From Octopus sinensis (taxonomy: Eukaryota), in assembly GCF_006345805.1 (NCBI RefSeq), contig NC_043000.1, positions 58,714,001 through 58,778,000 on the forward strand: a DNA stretch of 64,000 bases. Direction: 5' to 3'. The translations under genes and the position numbers were made by a program. The notes below the pieces were generated by a model, which made no database searches, was not told where the DNA came from, and was given only the letters and a program-made list of their open reading frames with translations. This document shows, one piece after another, positions 13,000 through 24,910 of the stretch; the first letter of the stretch is position 1; every line of letters starts with the position of its first letter.

Positions 13000-13715
13000 G
13001 TTGTATCAGTTCATGAACATTTACATGCCAAATAGAACAGACGTCAGTAATCTGAAAATTCCCTTGAAAGACTATTACCAATTTTATCAGCTTTGTTCGT
13101 TGGCGTTTGATAAGAAAACAGAGATCATAGATGCAGCTCAGCTTGTTGCTTGTACGTGGAGTAAACGCAATTTTCGATACAGTTGAGAAATTTATTCAAC
13201 TGGTACATAGTAAGAGTACAACGGTAGGAAAAAACATTCTTAAAGCATTGTTCCAGCGTATTATAGATATGAATCTGGAAATATCAAAGTTAATATTCGT
13301 AATACTCGATGGATCGCCGGTGACAGTTGAACAAAATAACGATGCCATAGCACTGCTTCAAAAAAAGACATCAGAATTAAACACAACGTTAAGATGTGCA
13401 TTGCATAATCCATCTAAAAATATTGTCTGGAAAGGTATCGCATTTGACATGATGCTCTGAACGGTAAAGCAATAAGTGTGGTCGCCTCCTTAAGAATCTG
13501 TCACTATCTGTTTCGGTAACTTTTATAGGAATCAGAGACTCAGAAGGAAACTTCTGCAACATCCACCAGCTCTGTTGAGAGGTTATACTTTAAAAAAAAA
13601 CGTGTACACACAGCTGGATAAAATAGCTACAATACTTGAGAATGAAAAAGTGAATGTCACAGAATTTCGCGGTCCCAAATGACTCCCAAATCTGGTATTT
13701 CTAATTTGTTCTATT
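13000..13715 (+). pseudogene. old, decayed hAT (Buster-type) transposase fragment
   Basis: SLAFDKKTEIIDAAQL..RGVN..VEKFIQLV..TTVGKNI..ILDGSPV..CALH..EFRGPK*LPNLVFLI follow the hAT catalytic-domain order. Cut off by the adjacent LINE. Confidence 0.7.
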
Positions 13716-16700
13716 TGTTCCACGTACTTTTCGAGATTTTTACTCACTGTTCCCAGGGTTCCGACAATTATTAGTACTACTGCTACCTTTTTCTTCGACC
13801 ACAACTGCTTATCTTCCCAAGTTAACCTGTCATATCTCTCGACTTCTCTTTCTTCCTTATCGCATACCCTGTTGTCAGCTGAGCATACTATATCTATGAT
13901 CCAGCCTAGTTTGTTTTCTTCCTCAATTAAGACTATATCTGGCTTCCTATTCTCTATCTCATGGTCGCACTGAATCATAAAATCCCATTGGATCTTTGCA
14001 TTTTCATTTTCGACGATGCCTTCGGGTTTGTAGTCATACCAATTTTTTGCTCTGTCAAGACCATACTTGTTGGAAAGTGTCCAATGGACAAGCCTTGCTA
14101 TATTGTCGAGGCGTCACTTAAATTCTTTCAGGGCTAGTGGCGTACATTGGCTGGTAATATACCATTTTGTTCACAGATTCTGCACTTTTCACTTTCTGAT
14201 GTGTTGTCTATTCTGTATTTTATGTAGTTTGTTCTTAGTGCTTACTCTTGGGTAGCACAGATTAGAGCCTCCGTTTCCGGTTTTAAATCACTTTTAGTCA
14301 TCCACAGCCATCTTTTTCTCTGTCTGTCTTATCTTCAACATCCCTATGAAGTTGACCATGCATTCTTTTCTTTACCCACCTATTTTCAGTTTCATTCGTT
14401 TTCGATTTCTTGTACAGTGCTTTATCTTTGCAACCTTTCATCCTACACAAGTCTTACTTCTAATAATAGCTGTTCTGTTTTTACATACCATACTATGTTG
14501 TTTTTTTCTGCTCTAATGCTGTGCTCGCATCCAATAAGTCTCCTTCCCCTTCTTTTCCTTGGTATATACAGTTTGTGTCACTTTTTGGGTGGAGTGTCCC
14601 ATATCTAGTTAGAAACTTCCTTGTCTTTCTATCTAAGCTGTTTAGTTCGTCTACTGTCCAAGTGATTACCCCTGCTCCATATCTAAGGGGTGAAACCGCC
14701 CAGGTGTTGATAGCTTCGATCTTATTCTGTCCGTTTAATTTCAACTTAGGGATTAGTCTCAGTCTACGTAAGTACTCCACCTTAAATTTTTCTGTCATTT
14801 CTTTCTCCATCAATTTATCGATTTCCAAAATCCCCAAGTACTTATAGCCTGTCTCTTCTATCTGCTTCATAACCTTCCTCGACGGTATCGTTAGCCCGTC
14901 CATACATTTGATTTTGCCTCTCTTCAAGACTAACATACCACATTTTCTCAGTCCGAACTCTATTCTGATATCAGCACTGAAGGTATACACCGTATCAACG
15001 AGGGAACTGACTTGGGCTTCATCTTTACCATAAAGATTCAGGTCAACCATGAATAACGAATGGTTGACTTTTTGTTGGCGGCTTTTGAATACACACCCAG
15101 CTTTTGCTTTCCTCAAAATCAGTGTTAGTGGTATCAAGCACAGTACAAAGATCAGTGAGGACAGGCAGTTCCCTTGGAAGATGCTCCTCCTAATTTCTAC
15201 TGTCCCTAGACTTCTTCCGTATGCTATCAAGTCCGTCCTCCAATTCACCATACTTTTTCCAAGCAGTCGCTCAACGTTCTATGCAATACCAAATAGGTTC
15301 ATACATTCCATAATCCAAGAATGTAGGATCATATCGTACGCCTTACAATAGTCGATCCATGACATGGCTAAGTTAGTTTTCCTCCTCTTACAGTCTCTAA
15401 GTACAGTTTTGTCTATCAGGAGTTGATCCTTGGTACCTCTGCCCTTACGCTTGCAATCCTTCTGTTCATGTGGCAGGACTCCATTTTTTCCAGATGTTCG
15501 TACATTGACTCTACGAGTATTCCAGTCAATAAATTCGACATAAGTAGCAAACCGGATATCGGCCTGTAATTGTCTACCGTATTGCTTTTTTAGCTGTTTT
15601 TCAAGCGCAGCACTGTCCTACCCAATGTCAACCACTCTGGTGTTACTTGGCCGGCATTTAACAAGGTATTGAGTTGCGTAGCTATTCGTGCATGACATTC
15701 ACCAAATCTTTTGATCCAGTACCCTTGAACTCCATCTGGTCTCGGGGCCTTCCAAATGCTCTTTTTTTTTTTTTTTTTTTTTTTTGTTAATTTCCTTCAC
15801 TTCCCTGACTGAAATGACTAGTTCTGCCTGTTTTGGACAAACTACTGTTTGTTTCATTTCTTGCAACAATTCAACATCCTTCTTGTGCTCCTTGTCTTTG
15901 CTACAGATGTCACTCCAAAACCTTTGACTTTCATTGTTATCTGGTATCAACTTTTCATCTGTACACTCTCCATTTATTTCTTTATAGAATCTCTTCTGAT
16001 CTACTCTGAATAACATTTTCTGGTGGTAACCCTTAATTTTTGGGTCGTATCTTACCATCTTTGCTTTCTTTGCAACGAGGCGCTATTTCAGTCCTTCCAT
16101 TACCACTTTCAAGCTCTTTCTTACAATATTATACTTCTTTTTCAGCGCCCTGTATTTTTGCTCACTTTTAAGCTCCTCTTTCTCTTTTCGGTCTAACGCA
16201 GAAATTTCCTTCGAAAGCATATCTAACCCTGCATGTATTCCTTTTTTCCACCATGGGTCTTTTCTTTTGTCACTCCCATTATATTTGTTTTTCTTGACAT
16301 CAACACCCACGTTTTCTGCTACAACAATACTTGCTGCTTTGATCAAATTATTTGTTTCTGTGATGTGTTTGTTCTGATGCATTTCAGAGTATCATTGACA
16401 TTTTTCGTTTCTTGGTTCAGTTTACATTGATCAACCTTTTTAAGGCTGCAAATAATGTCGCTATCGTTCTTCTGTAGTCTTACCTTTAATCTGTCGTAGA
16501 TTGCCTTTTGTTCATGTCATGCCGCCATTAGTTTTATTGTCTTTTTTTAGATCATCTATATGTCTCGCATCAAGTCGACTTCTACTGTTCCTTTCCTGTG
16601 CTATGAGATTATTCTTATTAGTAAGAACTGTATTTTCATCGTTATCTCTGCTGCTATTTTCCAAGACCCGTCTTTTGATGGCTTCGAGCTCTACTTCTGT

Positions 16701-17100
16701 GAACCAACGATTTTTTCGTATTGCTCTAGCTTCATCATATAGTCTCATGAATTGAAACATTCCCTTTTCCCTCTAATGGTCATACATACGTTGTCGGTAA
16801 CTCCTAATTTGAGTACCATTTTCATCTACCGGGCTGCTCAAGTAGTAACACTCCATGACCACAGCATTAATTTGCTTGCTCCATCTACGGCGTGTTTGGT
16901 GGTCTCTTTCTGGATGTCGACAGGCTGGAGCCGGATCAGAATCTCTGAGCCTACCGGGTGCAACACTGTCACCATGAATGGCTCCAGTTTCATTACCACC
17001 GTTATTTACAATATTTTGCGGCTGGACGTGTTTTTCGCTGCTCTGACCTATCAGCAACTGAAGACACAGAAACACTAATACAACCCAGCAGGACAACTGA
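13716..17100 (-). mobile_element. near-full-length R4/Dong-clade (RLE) non-LTR retrotransposon, disrupted ORF, 3' end missing
   Basis: N-term RRRWSKQINAVVMECYYLS...RMYDH; RT motifs NYRPIS, WIDYxKAYD, FQGNCLSSL, FMVDLNLYGK, YKYLGILE; CRIC zinc knuckle; RLE RKPDIVLIEEENKLGWIIDI..KEEREVERY. Confidence 0.92.
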
Positions 17101-17214
17101 AAAATATTTCTTAAAGACTGGAATATCTACAATTTCCTGTGAGTATTTTGAATTTCCCTCAAAATAAGTTATGAAACTTACATACCTACATTTTTCGAAC
17201 ACATTGACGATCAA

Positions 17215-17925
17215 CTTTAAAACCTTTAATATCTACAACTTCTGTGGATACCTATCCTTTCGTTTCTCCCTGAGTATTCGGAAACGTAAACATCCTCTAT
17301 ATTCCAAGAACACTACAGTTTCCTCTGTTCGGACAGACAAAAGATCATCTCTCTCTATATAAACGGCAGTTTGTCTGTGCGTGTTTCTGTGTGTCTGTTT
17401 TCTCGTACCCTCACCCTAACCACGGCTTTCAACCGATTCTGATGAAACTTGACACACACATAGCCCAATGTCATAATTCAAAACTAACGCAGCGAAAATT
17501 TTGAAAAGTTCCCCCAGTTCTGAAAAAAATCGATAAATTCGACATGGGGTCGAGAATCAGAAACCCAAACCACAGACCGTCTAGGGGGCGCAACTCCACC
17601 TTTTTAACTCTCAAAAAAATTTACCATAATTTTTTTTCCATTTTTTTGCTATTTTTTGGCTATAACTCTCTAAAAATGCTTTATAGTTATTTCCCTTACA
17701 AACCTGAGCAACGCCGGGCGATACTGCTAGTCTCCAATAAATTTTAAAACCTTAATATCTACAATTCTCTAAAATTTTTACCTTCCTTTTCTTCCTTTCC
17801 TTTCTCCCTGAGTATTCGAAAATGTAAACATCCTTTTTATTGCAAAAACACTAGTCTTCTCTGAACGGACATACAAACGAACATCTAAAAAAAAATAGAA
17901 ACTTTAATATCTCCAATTTTGTGTG
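17215..17925. repeat. ~143-152-bp tandem repeat (2 full + partial units) interrupted by a Helitron
   Basis: TTAATATCT anchors at 17226, 17752 and 17904. Shared TTTCTCCCTGAGTATTCG.AA..GTAAACATCC block. Confidence 0.75.
17348..17730 (+). mobile_element. non-autonomous Helitron (383 bp)
   Basis: 5' TC after host A. 3' hairpin CCTGAGCAACGCCGGG followed by CTAG and host T. No TSD. Confidence 0.85.
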
Positions 17926-17949
17926 AACATTTTTATTTTAACTTTCCTT

Positions 17950-17974
17950 TTATTATTATTATTATTATTATTAT

Positions 17975-18057
<83 letters not shown>

Positions 18058-18072
18058 TTATTGTTATTGTGA

Positions 18073-18103
<31 letters not shown>

Positions 18104-18143
18104 TATTATTTATTATTATTATTACTATTATTATTTATTATTA

Positions 18144-18185
<42 letters not shown>

Positions 18186-18220
18186 TATTATTATTATCAT
18201 TATTCATTTATTAGTTATTA
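17950..18220. repeat. compound (ATT)n/(AGT)n microsatellite
   Basis: Directly visible. Confidence 0.95.
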
Positions 18221-18957
18221 GTAATAGAGCACAATAATGTCTTTTCACCGCCCCAACAACATTGCTTCTGGCAAGAAAAAGGCGTAAATGGTGAAAATTA
18301 CTGGAAAATATATATGAAGAAGGTAGAGTACCGTGTCAGAAAGATGAAGTGAGCGGACTCAGGTACATAAAATCTCTTTAGTTTAGGAAGTTTAGTTCAG
18401 AAGAGCCAAAACTGTTGTAAAAACAATTGAGAAGAGAAAGTGTGAATAATAATACTGATCGACCATTCTGGTGTTGGCTAGTTGTTTAGCCAAAGGTCAT
18501 TACTAGTGAAAAGGATCAGAAGCACTCCAGTTATGGACATCTTATTTTGCATTTTCATGCATAATATAACTAGGGCTATATTACCAAAGTGGCCTTGATT
18601 TTTTTTTTGTATGATAGTAAGGTTTGATTTTACGTTAATTTTAATCGCTACTTTTAGCAAATAGTGTAACTGCGTAAAGTCTCCATCGTTACCTCCTAAT
18701 GTACTCTGGAATGAGCTGTACTTTCGTGCAGAGAGGCGATATTTCCTGATTCTAAGATAGTAATTTAGTGGCTATGTGATAAGAAGCTTGCTTCTTAACC
18801 ACATGGTTCTGGGCTCAGTCCTACTGCGTGGTACCTTGGGCAAGTGTCTGCTACTATAGCTTCGGGCCTACAAAGTCTTGTGAGTGGATTTGATAGACAG
18901 AAACAGGAAGAAGCCTACTGTGTGTATGTATATGTGTGTGCGTGCGTGCGTGCGTGC

Positions 18958-19033
<76 letters not shown>

Positions 19034-19128
19034 AGTGTTAGGTGTGATGTACAGAAATTGAATATTGAGAATAAAGTCGTCAGCATTTTAGAAAAAATCC
19101 TTTTATTTCATTATTATTAGCGATTTCC

Positions 19129-19182
19129 TTCCTTTCTAGAACTTGTCAAATAAAATTTTATTTGACAAGTTCTAGAAAGGAA
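19129..19182. repeat. perfect 54-bp palindrome without spacer
   Basis: TTCCTTTCTAGAACTTGTCAAATAAAA|TTTTATTTGACAAGTTCTAGAAAGGAA. All 27 pairs checked. Confidence 0.97.
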
Positions 19183-19237
19183 CAAAAGTACTAATAATAA
19201 TGAAGAAATGAAAGGATTTTTCCCAAAATTCTGACGA

Positions 19238-19291
<54 letters not shown>

Positions 19292-19434
19292 ATAAATATA
19301 TATATAATAATGATAATAATAACAATAAAAATAACAACCTCAATAACCACCCTAAAGTTGAAAATGCACTGAGAATAGTTAAAATATTTTTTATTATCAT
19401 TACAATGTTTGGGGTGGTTATTGAGGTTGTTATT

Positions 19435-19612
19435 TTTATTATTATTTTTTTATTATTTAGGGAGGAAATGATGCTAGCTAAGTTATGTGTCAGACTATAG
19501 CCTATCTTTATTGTTTTACTATTAATAATTTCCGAGGACCTGCTATTCTTATCAAAGTGTTTATTTATAGTTTTGAATATAGATTTGACTAAATTAGTCT
19601 TAATTTGCATAG
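19435..19612 (-). pseudogene. Penelope-like element ORF fragment (linker between RT and GIY-YIG)
   Basis: NLVKSIFKTINKHFDKNSRSSEIINSKTIKIGYSLTHNLASIISSLNNK resembles the PLE ..LIDKHF..IFNRNTVKISYSCMPN..SIISSHNK motif. Confidence 0.7.
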
Positions 19613-19614
19613 CA

Positions 19615-20595
19615 TCTCTTATTATAAAAGGCAGATTTTATCTGCCTCCCTTTGTATCTTATAGAAATCTACAATATAGGATTTCTTCAATTACAATTTA
19701 CCTAGCATTTTTAAGAGTAGAATGCATCGGGTTGTGACAGGTCCACTTTTTAAAATTTCAACCCCAATTAAGCAAAATTTAGAGAAAACTCACATTGTGG
19801 TGTATGAGTCAAATGCTTCTCTTAGTGTGGGATACAGCACACGCAAATGCACACACACAGTGTGCAACGAATAAAGTGAAACTAATTCACTTTCTGTAGT
19901 GAGTGACTATTTCACTCTACATTCCCACTTCCACTTTACACACATAAACACGCAAATATATAAATAAAATTGTAAGCTAACGTGTGTGTGTGCGTGTGTG
20001 TGAGTGTGTGTGTGTGCGTGTGTGTGTGTGTGTGTGTGAGGATGCGTGTGTGTGTTTGTGTGTGCGTGAGTGTGTGACAGGAAAGTTTTTTACGACGAAT
20101 ATAAGACCTATATCCAAGTAGCAGAAAGATCGCCCAAAAGTGAATATAGATATTTAAATGTATTTATATATTCATCTATGCACACATGTATGTATATCGT
20201 GTGTGTATATATTTCCATAGAGGTAACCTTTCACTCCATACAAAGTTTTTTAGGACGAAAATAAGATCTAAAGTTATCTCTAAGAAAAAGAAAGATCGCC
20301 CAAAAGTGTATATAGATATTTAAATGTATTTATATATTCATCTATACACAGATGTATGTATAATGTGTGTGTATATATTTCCATAGAGGTAACCTTTCAC
20401 TCCATACAAAGTTTTTTAGGACGAATATAAGATCTAAAATTATCTCTAAGAAAAAGAAAGATCGCCCAAAAGTGTATATAGATATTTAAATGTATTTATA
20501 TATTCATCTATACACACATGTATGTATAATGTGCGTGTATATATTTCCATAGAGGTAACCATTCAATCCATACAAAGTTTTTTAGGACGAAAATA
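19615..20595 (+). mobile_element. Helitron-like 5' portion with internal minisatellite
   Basis: A|TCTCTTATTATAAAAGGCAGA start typical of Helitron 5' ends. No 3' end of its own is seen before the next Helitron. Confidence 0.5.
20082..20595. repeat. 166-bp minisatellite, ~3.1 units (160, 166, 166 + partial)
   Basis: AAAGTTTTTTA(C/G)GACGAA anchors at 20082, 20242, 20408 and 20574. Confidence 0.92.
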
Positions 20596-21439
20596 TTTAT
20601 ATATAAAAGAAAGGTTGTGTGTCTGTCTACTCCGATTTAGATTCCTAACTACTCCCACATTTTGCGATGCAGTTTAACCAAAACCGGGTATCTTATAGTC
20701 GTGATTCATATCGAGCCCTTCTGGGTATTAGCGCGCGTCTACGATGAGTCTATGCTTTTACAAATAATTTACCATCATTTTTTCCATTTTAATGCATATT
20801 TTTTTTAATAAAGGGAAGTAACTCTCAAACTTCACACCAATATGCGTGCTCATATGCGACGTAATATCACATCAGCAGCATTTCCTCACACCCTCCTTGC
20901 ACTTGGCGAAGGCAAAATACCAGGGGATGAAAATGGTAATATTGCCATCGATTCCATTTGTACCATTGTTAAGACGCCTTCTGATCTCAGAGATGCAGTG
21001 TTCCCAGATCTACAAGCTAATTATCAGAATATGGATTGGATTGGCAAAAAGGCTATACTGGCCCCGAGGAATAAAACTGTTCACCATATTAATGATGAAA
21101 TGCTAAAACTCATTCCTGGGGAAGTCTATGTATATCAGTCTATCGATACAACTCCTGACCCAGAGGACGTCATCAACTATCCAATAGAGGTACTCAATTC
21201 CTTTGAGCACCCCGGACTACCACCACACTTTCTCAAACTTAAAGTTGGTGCCCCTATAATGCTCATCAGAAATTTGGTTCCCCCAAAACAATGCAATGGC
21301 ATACGTTTTATCGTTAAGTCCTTATCTCCCACCGTAAACTTATATCAATATTTGCCTGAATAATCATCATAATTCAGTGCAATCATTAACAGTACTTTCA
21401 AGGAATTCAGCCCCGAGCAACGCCGGGCAATTCTGCTAG
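20596..21439 (+). mobile_element. non-autonomous Helitron carrying a PIF1 helicase fragment
   Basis: 5' TTTATATATAAAAG (TC decayed to TT). 3' CCCGAGCAACGCCGGG hairpin + CTAG|T, nearly the same as the end at 17730. Confidence 0.85.
20842..21363 (+). pseudogene. Helitron PIF1-family helicase fragment, 173 uninterrupted codons
   Basis: LLALGEG, AILAPRN, YPIEVLNS, GLPPHFLKLKVGAPIMLIRNL, CNGIR match Helitron PIF1 between motifs III and V. Walker A/B and motif VI are absent. Confidence 0.88.
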
Positions 21440-21524
21440 TATATATATATATATACTAGCTTAAGGTGACCCGCTCTAACGCGCGGGTAAGAGTGTGGTT
21501 GTTATTTTCTGTTGCATCCTTTCG

Positions 21525-21781
21525 ACACGTGAAAAGCACCATCTGAACGTGGCCGCTGCCAGTGCCCCTCCCCCCGTGGCACCTGTGCCGGTGGCACGAA
21601 AAAAGCACCCACTACAATCACGGAGTGGTTGGCGTTAGGAAGGGCATCCAGCTGTAGAAACACTGCCAGATCAGACTGGAGCCTGGTGCAGCCTTCTGGC
21701 TTCCCAGACCCCGGTCAAACCGTCCAACCCGTGCTAGCACGGAAAACGGACGTTAATCGATGATGATGATGATGATGATGA
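21525..21781 (+). mobile_element. RTE-type 3' UTR/tail (GGCGTTAGGAAGGGCATCCAG...AACCCGTGCTAGCACGGAAAACGGACG + (GAT)n)
   Basis: The same tail recurs truncated at ~42437-42500(+), ~63510-63602(+) and ~59860-59975. Confidence 0.7.
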
Positions 21782-21864
21782 TTCTCCGTTTGTTTCTCTC
21801 TCCTTTCTCTCTCCCTTTCCCACTCTCTTACTCTTTCTTTCTCTCGGATTCTCCCTCGACAAAC

Positions 21865-22073
21865 ACACAAACACACACACATATACATATATACATATAT
21901 ACGACAGGCTTCTTTCAGTTTCCGTCTACCAAATCCACTCACATGGCATTGGTCGGCCGGGGCTATAGCAGAAGACACTTGCCCAAGATGCCACGCAGTG
22001 GGACTGAACCCGGAGCCATGTGGTTGGTTAGCAAACTACTTACCACACAGCCACTCCTGCGCCTATTATATAT
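21865..22073 (-). mobile_element. SINE family A, 5' half
   Basis: Reverse complement of the 24911 head. Confidence 0.85.
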
Positions 22074-22248
22074 ATATATTGATAAAAATGTTAAGACAGA
22101 ACATTTTTCATAGCATTTTTCCGATGGCCGGATAACTGAAGAAATAGCGGCGTGGATTTCCACCTCGGCATCCGAAACTCGGGGTTTTATTATGGCTACC
22201 GAATAATTGTCACATATTACATTTACAGATATATATATATATATATAC

Positions 22249-22613
22249 CAAATTAATAAATAAAACATATGCATATATATATACATATATGTACGTACTT
22301 ACATCTACATGTATATATACATGCATATATGGGTACAGGACACCCAAAAAACGTCGAACACAATGAGAAACAAAAACCGAAACGCGGAGTAGATGAAACC
22401 ATGGCGACTCAAGAAGGGGAATTTCCCTTGTGTTATTTGTCCTGTACTCTATTTTTTCGTTGTTTAAGAAAAATATCCAGTTCCTTGGTTTTGTGTTTAT
22501 ATTTTCGTTTCTCATTGTATTCGACGTTTTTTTGGTGTCCTGTATATATGCATGTAGATGTAGGTACGTACATATATGTATGTATATATGCATATGTTTT
22601 ATTTATTAATTTG
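22249..22613. repeat. fold-back: ~110-130-bp inverted arms around a ~125-bp spacer
   Basis: CAAATTAATAAATAAAACATATGCAT...ACAGGACACC(C)AAAAAACGTCGAA.ACAATGAGAAAC and its reverse complement at 22502-22613. Confidence 0.85.
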
Positions 22614-22657
22614 TTATTACACGACAGAACGCACGCATCCATTTCTAAGTAAGTTTG

Positions 22658-22720
<63 letters not shown>

Positions 22721-22791
22721 CATATATATATATGTACGTACGTTTATGTATATACACATATATATATATATACACACACATATATACATAC

Positions 22792-22835
<44 letters not shown>

Positions 22836-23384
22836 CACATATTGAAAGTAATAGAATTGAAACTAATATATATAGATACATAATGAAAGTAATTGAAATT
22901 GAAACCATATAATAGTGAAAGTATTAGTAGGGATGTTATTATTCCACTTAATACTGAAATAGTGTAAGAGATAAGGGATTGTTCCGGGATCGCATTAGGC
23001 AAGAAGTTGAAAATTTTTTGGCCCATGACACTGTGTAAGTGTGTAAAATTTGAATGAAATTGGTTGGGTAGTTCTCGAGTTTTAGTGATGCACATATACA
23101 GACAGACATACAGACGCACATTCTCAACTTTATATATATAGATTTTTCCGTAAGAACTACTGGGCACAGCATATATATTTGACCTTTATTTATTTAATCA
23201 TAAAATATAATGTTTTGGGTTTTGGTTCGTTGTTCTATTTATTGGCAATATTTTACATATACTTACAATTCAGAAAGAACCACCCTTTGCTTTCGACATA
23301 GCCTTTAATCTTTTCTCAACTGAAGTGCATGACTTGTATTTAAATAACGGATAATTTTTTATGAACCCAGTACACTACAATGGA

Positions 23385-23555
23385 CTAAATATTCTCGCTA
23401 ACACAGCTAATAGAACGAGTGATTGGGCACAAGATGCTTCTATACCTTGCTTTTGGTGACTATGAAAAAGCCTTCAGTAGCGTCGAGATGAAGGCAGAAC
23501 GGAAATCTCTGGAGAAATAAGGTATTAAAGCACAATACATCAAACTGCTTAGTCC
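23385..23555 (+). pseudogene. RTE-like reverse transcriptase fragment
   Basis: LTQLIERVIGHKMLLYLAFGDYEKAFSSVE matches the RT domain 3 motif LAFVDYEKAFDSV. Confidence 0.65.
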
Positions 23556-24076
23556 TTAAACCTCTTAAATCATATGAGATTCAAAAGCAACCGCAAAACT
23601 AAGGTATATATTTACTAGTGCTGGGACTTCTTCATATCAAAGATTGATTGTTACGTTAGACTAATTTCACAATAGTCAATACTGTTGTCACATTTATTTT
23701 TACATACCCTTGGGATAGGGGTATAAGTATCCACGCTACAGCATCTCATTTCCTTTTGCTTATCAATATCATTAATCAAAGAAATCCAATCTATTAATAT
23801 ATAAATAATCTATTAATATATTCTAATCAGTATTTATGAAGGCTATTCATGTTTGCGTCCATATATTTGGGACAAAGTAATCCTGTGGACTAACATGATT
23901 CGTTATTTTAAATCAAACAATGCAACATTTCATTGTATCATTCAGAACAGAACATTTTACTCAGCATGATGATTCAGTTCATCTGATTGTCGTGAATAAG
24001 TTATCTGCGATGAACTGAAAGTTAATCCAGTAATGGGGATATATCTCTTATCTACCTAGTACCTCAGAGATAGAAC

Positions 24077-24380
24077 GAAAGGCGCATGTCTCAGTGATTA
24101 GAGCGTCGAGCTTACGATTGTGAGGTTGTGAGTTCGATTCCCGGACCGGGCGGCGTGTTGTGTTCTTGAGCAAGACACTTTATTTCACGTTGCTCTAGTT
24201 TACTGGTGCCAAGCTGTATCAGCCTTTGCCTTTCTCTTGGATAACATCGGTGGCGTAGAGAGGGGGTGCTGGTATGCATGGACGACTGCTGGTCTTCCAT
24301 AAACATCCTTACCCGGACTTGTGCCTCGGAAGGTAACTTTCTAGGTGCAATCCCATGGTCATTCATGACCGAGGGGGGTC
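24077..24380 (+). mobile_element. SINE family C (tRNA-like head + CORE-like GTGTTCTTGAGCAAGACACTT)
   Basis: A/B boxes present. Second copy at 51439-51779(-). Confidence 0.82.
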
Positions 24381-24910
24381 GCCCCAGAACGAAAAACCAA
24401 CCTTTTGAACCATGGAGGTTCAAACTTTTCAAAACCAGATAGAAAGCAATACTTTCCATCTGATTATGATTGAACAAACATGAGATGCCTCTTGATTATA
24501 ATAGCCGAACTATAAGATTTCAATTTGGTGTTTAGAACAATTTCACAATTTCCATCAGTTTTTGAGCCTTGAAAATTTTAGAGAGTATTTCTCAAAGAAT
24601 GGGAAGCTATGCACAAGTCTCTACGTGGGCGTAGGTCATACAATCCCACCACCAACACACACACACGCACGCACACAAACAATATGAATTGCAATCAAAA
24701 ATAGTATTGACTTGTTTAGCCTTAGGTCAGCACTGATCAAGCAAACCTATGACCAAAGCCATTCCAGTTATGACCATCTCATTTTCTTCAAGGCGTAATA
24801 TTTATAGGGATTCCTCATTGTGTATACTTTCTTTTAAGATGGTAGGGAGGTTCTGCTACCACTTTTGCAGAGCAAAGTAATTTTAGCCGAGATCATCCCA
24901 AGATTACGTT

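Larger units (their letters stand above)
21456..23142 (-). mobile_element. minus-strand Helitron ends with nested insertions
   Basis: 5' A|TCTATATATATAAAGTTGAG at 23142. 3' hairpin ACCCGCGCGTTAGAGCGGGT + CTAG|T at 21456. That both ends belong to one element is an inference. Confidence 0.55.

Noticed and set aside
17058-17073. CTGAAGA-CACA-GAAAC near the LINE 5' end as a hammerhead
   Set aside because: There is no room for stem II and no stem I/III pairing.
20082-20595. Regular repeats as a CRISPR array
   Set aside because: Whole units repeat with no unique spacers, the context is eukaryotic, and there are no cas genes.
22433-23167. 244-aa ORF and the many YIYI/CVCV/THTH/SSSS/MMMM ORFs (e.g. 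1643, 17919, 18844, 31648, 42946, 43828)
   Set aside because: They are translations of microsatellites that happen to lack stops. No domain content.
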